From: an uncultured Anaerolineaceae bacterium
GTDB taxonomy: Bacteria; Planctomycetota; Phycisphaerae; FEN-1346; JAACEH01
Direction of reading: 5' to 3'
DNA length: 64,000 nt
Assembly: GCA_964500225.1 (NCBI GenBank)
Contig: CAZCOA010000004.1
Location: forward strand, 6,479 to 70,478
Shown: one piece after another, positions 57,041 through 64,000 of the stretch
How positions within the stretch are numbered: the stretch's first letter is position 1
Layout: each line of letters begins with the position of its first letter
The notes under the pieces: model-generated
The model's database searches: none
What the model saw: only the letters and a program-made list of their open reading frames with translations
What the model was told of the DNA's origin: nothing
Program-made: the position numbers and the translations under genes

Positions 57041-58600
57041 TTGGCCGCACTTGGGAGCCGACACATGGAGTGCATGACGCTTGTCGTGGCCGCCGACCGC
57101 GAGGTCGGCCGCTGCTACCGTTTCTGGACCGTCGCCAACTGGAATCGCCCATTTCGCCTGCTCGACGCTGCGACCATGGCTGATCTGCCGCGGCGTGCTC
57201 CATTCATTAGGGAGCTGAACTGTGTGTATCTGCTGGGCGGCCGCACACGCGAGCACAATTGCTGGTATCAGGGGCTCGGCCCCGACGGCCGCGTCCGCGC
57301 CGACTTCAGCGGCATGATTGCACAGCTTCGGGCCGCCATCGACCATGGGTACACGCCGTGGATCGTCCTCGACAATGTGCCCTACGGCATGAGCGATCCG
57401 CCGACGGAACATTTCTACGGCAACACGTCACCTCCGTCCGACGAGCGCATCTGGCACGAATATGTTCGCCTGGCGGTCGAGGCCATGGTCCGTGCTTTCG
57501 GACGCCAGACAGTGGGTCGCTGGTGGTTTCGCGTGGGCACCGAACCGGATCTGTTCCCCGGACACTGGTGCGGCACCAAGAAACAGTATTTCGCCCACTA
57601 CGACTTCACCGTTGATGCGGTCCTGGGCGTTCTGCCCGAGGCCATGATCGGCCCTGGAAACATCCTCAACCCGGTCGAAGGCGAATACGGCATCATCGTC
57701 AAGGACCAGTGGGGCCTGGAGATCATCGACCATGCCGCCACGGGACGCAACGCCTGTACCGGCGGCATCGGTACGCCCCTGCGCTGGTTCTCCTGCTCGT
57801 GGTACGGCCGCGTGGGCGTTCCGCTGTCGATGTTCGACAAGGCCGTGGGGATGATGCGTGACCGCCTGCGGCGGTATCCGGACTTGGCTGACGTTCCCAT
57901 CGTGGTCGGCGAGTTCGCGGTGCTTCACGACGAGCAGGGCCGCCGGCTCTATGACGGCGACTGTACCGAGTGGGCCGCAAGCTTCTACGCCGGCATCGCC
58001 GACCGCGTTTACACGTATGGCGTGAGGCACGTCTATGAGTGGGCCGAGACCACCGATGGCGTTTATCACCCGCGCGCCCAGGTCATCGAGATGCTGAACC
58101 GGATGGCAGACGGCCGACGGCTCGCAGTCGATCCGCCCCAACGGGCAGATGCCGACTGCGGCCTGATTGCCTGCCGCAAGGAGGCAGACGTGTTCCTGCT
58201 GGCCTACAATCACGCGAGCGACCGCGAACCGAAAGTCCCACGGCACATGCGCATCGCCCTTAACGGAACGGGCCTTCCCGCGGGAACCATGGTGCGTCGA
58301 ACCGAATGGTCCATCGACGAGTATCACGGGGTCTGGGCGCGGGCGTTCGAGGCCGATTGTCGCGCAGCAGGGATCGAGCCGCTGGCTCAGGCCGGCCGGT
58401 ACGAGGGCAGCCCCTGGCATCTCTACGGGGAAGCCGGCGAGCGGGTCTTTGCCGCCCATCGCGAGTGCTATGCCGCTCTGGCCACATTGCCTGTTACGCG
58501 GGAAGACGCGCTTGTTGCGGGGCCGAACGGCGATATCGCCCTAGACCTGGACATCCCCGGACACGGCGTGCGGCTCATCCGCCTGACGCCAGCACACTGA
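57041..58600 (+). CDS. Hypothetical protein, possible glycoside-hydrolase-like TIM barrel
   Basis: 519-aa ORF. Weak GH-A-like FRVGTEPDL motif. No signal peptide is evident. Start uncertain. Confidence 0.4.
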   Translation: MAALGSRHMECMTLVVAADREVGRCYRFWTVANWNRPFRLLDAATMADLPRRAPFIRELNCVYLLGGRTREHNCWYQGLGPDGRVRADFSGMIAQLRAAIDHGYTPWIVLDNVPYGMSDPPTEHFYGNTSPPSDERIWHEYVRLAVEAMVRAFGRQTVGRWWFRVGTEPDLFPGHWCGTKKQYFAHYDFTVDAVLGVLPEAMIGPGNILNPVEGEYGIIVKDQWGLEIIDHAATGRNACTGGIGTPLRWFSCSWYGRVGVPLSMFDKAVGMMRDRLRRYPDLADVPIVVGEFAVLHDEQGRRLYDGDCTEWAASFYAGIADRVYTYGVRHVYEWAETTDGVYHPRAQVIEMLNRMADGRRLAVDPPQRADADCGLIACRKEADVFLLAYNHASDREPKVPRHMRIALNGTGLPAGTMVRRTEWSIDEYHGVWARAFEADCRAAGIEPLAQAGRYEGSPWHLYGEAGERVFAAHRECYAALATLPVTREDALVAGPNGDIALDLDIPGHGVRLIRLTPAH

Positions 58601-58622
58601 GCGATGCGCGATGACCGCGCTG

Positions 58623-60845
58623 TCACGGCGTCTGCGCTGCGACGTGGCGAATCGCCTGAATCTCCCACGCCCGTTTGCCCGCATCGACCGCAAACTCCAC
58701 CGTATCACCGACCTTCTTGCCCATGAACGCCAGCGCCAGGGGCGAGCGGTACGAAAACACGTTATTCTGCGGCGCGGCGTCCCACGGCCCCAAGAACGTC
58801 ATCGTCTCGGTCTTGCCGCTGCCGACGTCTCGAACCGTGACGACGCTGCCGACGGTGACGTGGTCGCCGGTCGCCATAGTGGCACCGATCAGCCGCGCCA
58901 TCTTCATGTCGGCTTCCATCCGCGCCGCCTTCTCGGCCAGAAGGTTTCGCTCTTCCAACGCAGCGGTGAATTCCGCGTTCTCGCTCAGGTCGCCGAACGC
59001 CGCCGCCTCGCCAATAGCCTTGGCGTTGGCTGCCATCTTGATGTTAACCAAGTGGGCGAACTCCTGCTGGTGCCGCTGAAGTCCCTCGGCTGTCGTGTAG
59101 ATGACGTCGTCCTGCTCCCACGGAGGCACGTCCTTCAGGAAGAGGTTGCCATGCGTGCGCGTAACCAGGTCGAGTACCCTCAGGCGCGCGTGCTCACCAA
59201 GAACGAAGTTGCGGACGGCGGCGTGATGCACACGCCATGCTCCGTGGTCGTCCGCCTCCTTCAGCACCGTGTACAGGTACTCATAGTCTTTCTGTGACAG
59301 TGCCGACCGCAGTTGTGACAGGATAGCCTTTTGCTGGTCCTTGTCGAATGTCGTGTCGCGGGCCAGGCTGCCAATCGCTACCAGCAGCGCCACGGCTACA
59401 TCGAGCCCTTTCAGCGAGCCGGTAACCTCGGGGAACCTGCCTGCGGCCATGGCCCGCCAGAGCCAGGCCACGGCATAGGGATAGCGCTCGGGCCGTGTGA
59501 GAATGAGCTGAATCGCCTGCCGCACGTCGGCCGCGAAACCGTGTTCCTGGAGCCCCTGGACGACCCACTCGCAGACCCCCTGCGACGCGCCGGGCATGAC
59601 GGCAAGCCACACATCGTGCCACCCGGAATGCAGGGTGTCGCGCACATAACTCAGCAAGCACCTGACCAGGTCGTCGCTCCCGACCGGCCTCAGCCATGTG
59701 GACAAATCCGCCACGCCCGAGAGCACCGATTCCAGGGCGTTGGGCTTCCCCTCGGGCATATCGGGCATGTGCCGCCGCAGTTCGGCCATGAGGGCCAGCG
59801 CGGCCACGGCCATGACCGGTTCGCGCTCGCGCCACGACTCGAACCGGTCCATCAACTCGCGGCCAAAGTGCCGTATGACCTCCGGATGCGCCGGCCGGCT
59901 GCCGCACTCGTTCAGATACGTCAACACGGTGGTCAACTTCTGCTCTGCTGTCGCCGCGATATCAAAAGCTGCGCGAAGCTCGTCCTCGTAGGCGACCGGC
60001 CGATTGCGCAGAAACAGCCACGGCTGCGCGTCGTCCGACATCTCGATCATTGGATCGCGCCGGCACTGCACCTTGGCCTCGGCCCACCACTTTGCCCACG
60101 CCGGCCCGGAAATGAGCGGTTTCAGGTGCTCCTTGAGTTCCTTCAATTCCAGCCGCGGCCCGTAGGTGCCTAGCACCGTCTTGATCAGTTCCGCCGGTGT
60201 CTCGGCGGCCATACGATTCAGGCCCTCGCGGTCTTTGACCAGCCGCGACCGCAGGTCGGTATCGGGTACCGGGTCCAATTTGTCCAGAGCCAGCCGGTCG
60301 TACGTGCGCGATCGGTCGTCGAACGTCACTTCGAGGGTCTTGCTCGCAGCGTCCAGCCGGATCACCTGTCCCAGCTTTCCGAGCTGAGTATCCACCACGC
60401 ATGTCCCCGGTCGCAGCTGAAGCAACCGATCGAACCGCTTCACGGCCGTGGCGAAAGGAATCCCCGCATGGAGGACCGTCATCGCGGCCATGGTGCCGAT
60501 GTCGCCGCAATCGCCGTAGGCGGCCTCGTACGCGCCGGCCACCTCCTGACGCAGGCTGCTGCTGCCTTCGAGCCACCCCGCCGCCTGTCGCACCAGGTCC
60601 AGTCCGGCCGCGGCGCCCTGGCGCTCGATCACCTGTGACAGCAGAAACCAGAACAGCGAATCCGCCACGCCACTCTGATCGCGACGGCTCACGGCCTCGA
60701 CCACCGCCATCAGCCCCGGAACGTCGGCATCCTCGCGCGCCACCGCCTCCAGCCAAAGGGCCTCCAGCTCGTCGAACCGTTTCTTGGTCACCAGCTTCCG
60801 CAACCGAGTCACGTCCGCTTGTGCATCACCGGGCATTTCCGTCAT
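58623..60845 (-). CDS. Large protein with C-terminal complete GreA/GreB transcript-cleavage-factor module fused to an about 580-aa N-terminal extension of unknown function
   Basis: C-terminal 160 aa: FGDLSENAEFTAALEERNLLAEKAARMEADMKMARLI...GSVVTVRD...EFAVDAGKRAWEIQAIR is the GreA coiled-coil plus FKBP-like domain, including the GDLSENAEY signature. Start codon uncertain (M39/M42 of the track ORF). Confidence 0.6.
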   Translation of the reverse strand: MTEMPGDAQADVTRLRKLVTKKRFDELEALWLEAVAREDADVPGLMAVVEAVSRRDQSGVADSLFWFLLSQVIERQGAAAGLDLVRQAAGWLEGSSSLRQEVAGAYEAAYGDCGDIGTMAAMTVLHAGIPFATAVKRFDRLLQLRPGTCVVDTQLGKLGQVIRLDAASKTLEVTFDDRSRTYDRLALDKLDPVPDTDLRSRLVKDREGLNRMAAETPAELIKTVLGTYGPRLELKELKEHLKPLISGPAWAKWWAEAKVQCRRDPMIEMSDDAQPWLFLRNRPVAYEDELRAAFDIAATAEQKLTTVLTYLNECGSRPAHPEVIRHFGRELMDRFESWREREPVMAVAALALMAELRRHMPDMPEGKPNALESVLSGVADLSTWLRPVGSDDLVRCLLSYVRDTLHSGWHDVWLAVMPGASQGVCEWVVQGLQEHGFAADVRQAIQLILTRPERYPYAVAWLWRAMAAGRFPEVTGSLKGLDVAVALLVAIGSLARDTTFDKDQQKAILSQLRSALSQKDYEYLYTVLKEADDHGAWRVHHAAVRNFVLGEHARLRVLDLVTRTHGNLFLKDVPPWEQDDVIYTTAEGLQRHQQEFAHLVNIKMAANAKAIGEAAAFGDLSENAEFTAALEERNLLAEKAARMEADMKMARLIGATMATGDHVTVGSVVTVRDVGSGKTETMTFLGPWDAAPQNNVFSYRSPLALAFMGKKVGDTVEFAVDAGKRAWEIQAIRHVAAQTP

Positions 60846-61125
60846 CCGCCGTCCTCGCTCCATGACTCTGTGCATGACACTCCAACCGGTCCAGCCCCAG
60901 GAGTCTATACTGCGACCGCCCATCGGACAAGGGTTTGTCGAAACGACAGACGGTCGCAACGACCTCGGCTACGCCCAACGCCGGTTCGCCCGCCCGACTG
61001 GGGAAGCCGATGTGGATGACCGGATTTGCGGAACCCCGCCGCCGGCAACCGGGGTTGAACCATCGTGCGGCTGGCCGGCGCTGTCGCCGCAAACGCTGGG
61101 ACATTTCTGAACGGGAGTTGGAAAG

Positions 61126-63825
61126 ATGCGAACGACTTTGGTCGTTGTTGCCGCCACGACAGTATTCGCGGGGTGGGGCCTGACGGAAGCGGTCGTCGGG
61201 CAACCGGCTGCCGCAAGCGTCACGGTGCTCGACACCTACAGCGTCTGGCGACTCTACCAGACGCTTAAACCGCCCGTGCTGGACCTCGACGGCGGCCTGA
61301 CGCCGGTGATGACGCCGCTCGACTGGCTGAACCGCGACACACCCGACGTGCCCGCCGGGTGGCCCCAGCCCGACTTCGACGATACGACGTGGCTCCGCGG
61401 CTCGGCCCGTAGCGCCGCCCAGACGCCGTACCTGGCGCGGTTGTGCCTGCGCGCGAAATTCGAAGTGACCGACCCGTCACAGGTCGGGCCGCTGAGCCTG
61501 AACCTGGCCTACTACGGCGGCGCGGTGGTCTATGTCAACGGCCATGAGATTGCTCGCAAGAATGTGGTGGGATCCGGCAAGGCCGAATTGGCCGAGGGAT
61601 ATCCTCCGGAGGCGTTTCTGACCGAGGACGGCAAGATCGTTCCCAGTGGTTGGGTTCGCGAGCGGTACAAAAGCGCTATGGCAGCGCGGCGCCGCGAGTT
61701 CAACGATATTGCAATTCCCGCCGACAAGTTGCGCAAGGGCATGAACGTGATTGCCGTGGAGCTGGTGCGGTCGCCCTATCACAAGGTGGTGGACGAGAAG
61801 AAAGATACGGAGCTCAACGAGCAAAGCCGCCTGAACAAGGGCGTACCATACGACCTGAGCTGGAATACCTGCGAAATGCTCGGCGTTCAGTTGACGGCCC
61901 AGGGCGAAAGCGGGCTGGTGCCCAACGTCGCGCGGCCCGACGGACTGCAACTCTGGAACAGCGATATCCTGATCCCCGACTTCGAGTCCGACCAGGGCGA
62001 CCGCTGCGAGCCGCTGCGCCCCATTGCCATCAAGGGCGCCCGCAACGGCTGGTTCTCGGGAAAAATCGTCGTTGGATCCACGGAGGCAATTGAAGGGTTG
62101 AAGGCCGTGTGCAGCGACCTCCGCCAAGGCAACGCCACCGTCCACGCCTCGGCCGTCCGCATCCGCTACGGCTACAACTGGGGCGGCAGCGTCAACCGCT
62201 ACAGCGAGTCGGTCCGAGGCCAAGCGCCCCTGATTGACGCCCTGCTCGAATCCCCGCCGGCCACATTCCCGGCCACCCGCTACGGTACGGTGGTTCCCAT
62301 CTGGCTGACAGTGAGGATCCCGGCGGATGCCAGACCCGGCACCTACATCGGAGAATTGACTATCACCGCCAAAGATCACCCACCGCGGAAAGTCGCGGTG
62401 ACGCTGCATGTCGCCGACTGGACGCTGCCCAATGTCGAGGATCGGCGCACCTGGGTCGAGCTGATCCAGTCGCCCGATTCCCTTGCTGCCGAATACGATC
62501 TGCCGCTCTGGTCCGACAGGCACTGGGACATGATTGCCCAGTCGCTGCGACTGATCGGCGAGGTCGGCAACCGTGTCGCCTACGTGCCCTTGATCTGCCA
62601 CACCAACTCGGGCAATGAACAGTCCATGGTTCGGTTCGTCAAGAAGACCGACGGCTCGTGGGGCTTCGACTTCTCGGTCATGGACAAGTACCTGGACTTG
62701 GTGCAGCAGAAGATGGGCCGCCCGGTCTTCACGGTTTTCACGGCATGGGAAATCTACTTGCAGCCGCCGGACAAGGAAGTCGTCATCAACGAGAGCGACA
62801 GCGACTACGTGCGCATGGAGAAATCGTGGGCGGCCGCCCGTTGGGATCTTCGCGACAAGGGCCCGGCGGTCACGGTGGTAAATCCAGAAAGCGGCCAAGT
62901 GGAGACCGTTTACCTGCCTCGTTACGAAACGCCGCAGGCCAAGGTCATCTGGAAATCCCTGTTTGACGAGTTGCACAAGCGGATGGCCCAGCGCGGCATC
63001 GAGGACACAATGCGGCTGGGGATGGCCTCCGACGTCTGGCCCAGCACAGAAGAGCTGACCGTCCTCCAGGAGGTCTCCGGGAACCTGGAGTGGGTAATGC
63101 ACACACACGGCGGCGTCAGTCGCATCGGTCGCAAGATGCGCGGCATCGCCGACGTCAGTTACATCGCCTATGTATGGGACGTCAAGTACGCCCCCGATCC
63201 GTCCGAGGGCCGCGTGTACGGCTGGAAGATGCCCGGGCTGATGGCCCAATTCCGCCGATTCCAGGCGCTTAATACCATGTCGCCGTCGGCCCTGATGCAC
63301 TTCAGCGAACTGAACATCACGGGATACCAGCGCGGTCTCGGTCGCATCGGCGCCGACTTCTGGGCGTCGTTCAAGGACAAACGCGGCCGGCGCAGCGGAT
63401 ACGTCTGGAGCCGCTATCCTCAGAGTCTGTGGCATAGCCTCAACCTCAGCAGCCACATGCTCGTCCCGGGGCCCGATGGGCCGGTGGCTTCCACCCGGCT
63501 GGAATATCTCCGCGAAGGCATCCAGCAGTGCGAGGCGCGAATTGCCATCGAGCGCGTCCTGACCGACGAGGCCCTCAAGGCCAAGCTCGGCCAGGATCTG
63601 GCGAAGCGGTGCCAGGACGTTCTCGACGAGCGACTCAGGGAAATCTGGAGAGCCGGCAGTGACATGAACCTGACCGGCCGCGACTACGCCTCGTCGAAGC
63701 TGACCGGCGACTCCTACGGCGGCGTGGCCGGCCATTGCTGGTTCGCCGGCTCCGGGTGGCTGGACCGAACCCAACAGTTTTACGAACTGGCCGGCGAGGT
63801 GACACGAAAGATCGACGCGCGCTAG
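61126..63825 (+). CDS. Large secreted hypothetical protein (899 aa), possibly glycoside-hydrolase-like
   Basis: Signal peptide (MRTTLVVVAATTVFAGWGLTEAVVGQPAAA). No motif I can assign confidently. Confidence 0.5.
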   Translation: MRTTLVVVAATTVFAGWGLTEAVVGQPAAASVTVLDTYSVWRLYQTLKPPVLDLDGGLTPVMTPLDWLNRDTPDVPAGWPQPDFDDTTWLRGSARSAAQTPYLARLCLRAKFEVTDPSQVGPLSLNLAYYGGAVVYVNGHEIARKNVVGSGKAELAEGYPPEAFLTEDGKIVPSGWVRERYKSAMAARRREFNDIAIPADKLRKGMNVIAVELVRSPYHKVVDEKKDTELNEQSRLNKGVPYDLSWNTCEMLGVQLTAQGESGLVPNVARPDGLQLWNSDILIPDFESDQGDRCEPLRPIAIKGARNGWFSGKIVVGSTEAIEGLKAVCSDLRQGNATVHASAVRIRYGYNWGGSVNRYSESVRGQAPLIDALLESPPATFPATRYGTVVPIWLTVRIPADARPGTYIGELTITAKDHPPRKVAVTLHVADWTLPNVEDRRTWVELIQSPDSLAAEYDLPLWSDRHWDMIAQSLRLIGEVGNRVAYVPLICHTNSGNEQSMVRFVKKTDGSWGFDFSVMDKYLDLVQQKMGRPVFTVFTAWEIYLQPPDKEVVINESDSDYVRMEKSWAAARWDLRDKGPAVTVVNPESGQVETVYLPRYETPQAKVIWKSLFDELHKRMAQRGIEDTMRLGMASDVWPSTEELTVLQEVSGNLEWVMHTHGGVSRIGRKMRGIADVSYIAYVWDVKYAPDPSEGRVYGWKMPGLMAQFRRFQALNTMSPSALMHFSELNITGYQRGLGRIGADFWASFKDKRGRRSGYVWSRYPQSLWHSLNLSSHMLVPGPDGPVASTRLEYLREGIQQCEARIAIERVLTDEALKAKLGQDLAKRCQDVLDERLREIWRAGSDMNLTGRDYASSKLTGDSYGGVAGHCWFAGSGWLDRTQQFYELAGEVTRKIDAR

Positions 63826-64000
63826 TCTGCGCACAACAACCATCCTGGCGGGCTACGATTCCGGAACCTGACGGTCCGCACCGTCACGGGCATATTTTTC
63901 ATGGTCACACAGGCCCGGCCACGCCCGCCGGTTCCTTGTCCAACGCGCCCTCGTGCGCCCCTGTCGAAGACCGGCTCAGTCGCGGGCGCCTCTGGGCTGC

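Noticed and set aside
63905-64000. Possible C-terminal 31 codons of a minus-strand gene entering from beyond the right edge
   Set aside because: Too short and low-complexity to call. A plus-strand ATG at 63899 likewise gives only a Pro/Ala-rich fragment.
1070-64000. Scan of all intergenic regions over 150 bp (1070-1441, 40035-40428, 43078-43422, 44527-44907, 48934-49132, 52709-52911, 56640-57040, 60846-61125) for tRNA, CRISPR repeats, IS inverted repeats or integrase remnants
   Set aside because: No T-loop-like GTTCRANYC motifs, no regularly spaced direct repeats, no transposase or integrase-like ORFs were seen. The result is negative within the limits of reading by eye.

Overview
Gene-dense, high-GC bacterial chromosomal segment. 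The content (many PQQ-like beta-propeller proteins, a dockerin-bearing secreted GH-like protein, a DUF4159-like protein, large secreted hypotheticals) suggests a Planctomycetota-like organism. That assignment is inference only. I recognise no rRNA, tRNA, CRISPR array, IS element or prophage. Nearly all genes between 5.8 and 36.7 kb lie on the minus strand. Main blocks, left to right: (1) a 3'-truncated polytopic membrane permease running off the left edge, which is absent from the ORF track. (2) A MetV-MetF (methylene-THF reductase) pair preceded by an unusual GltD-like NAD(P)H oxidoreductase fused to 2x[4Fe-4S] and an MvhD-like domain, followed by a cupin. (3) A long, tightly coupled minus-strand operon: PQQ-propeller, NHL lipoprotein, small Tat Cys protein, NapG-like, NapH-like, a membrane protein with a cytoplasmic 4Fe-4S loop and a periplasmic PQQ-propeller, NuoE-like, NuoF-like, and a 2Fe-2S+GltD-like protein. 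I propose it as a possible NAD(P)H-to-periplasm electron-transfer module; this is the main hunt candidate. (4) A second PQQ-propeller, a MacB/LolCDE-type ABC exporter, and a candidate terpenoid cluster: PFTB-repeat protein, Cys-rich domain fused to a polyprenyl synthase, class II terpene cyclase (SHC-like, DxDDTA), and a ferredoxin-like protein, with ATGA translational coupling. (5) The Pho regulon: phoU-pstBACS, a porin, phoR-phoB, with candidate 11-bp-phased GTTA Pho boxes. (6) hisD-hisC-hisB with a near-consensus sigma70 promoter. (7) Assorted genes: a dockerin/GH-like secreted protein, a LysM L,D-transpeptidase, uvrA, an orphan radical SAM, a DUF4159-like protein, a URO-D-like enzyme with a divergent AraC regulator, an msrB-pcm-GT2-GAF/GGDEF operon, a 778-aa GreA-fusion protein, and large secreted hypotheticals. 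Start coordinates were derived by codon offset from the ORF track and may be off by a few codons.
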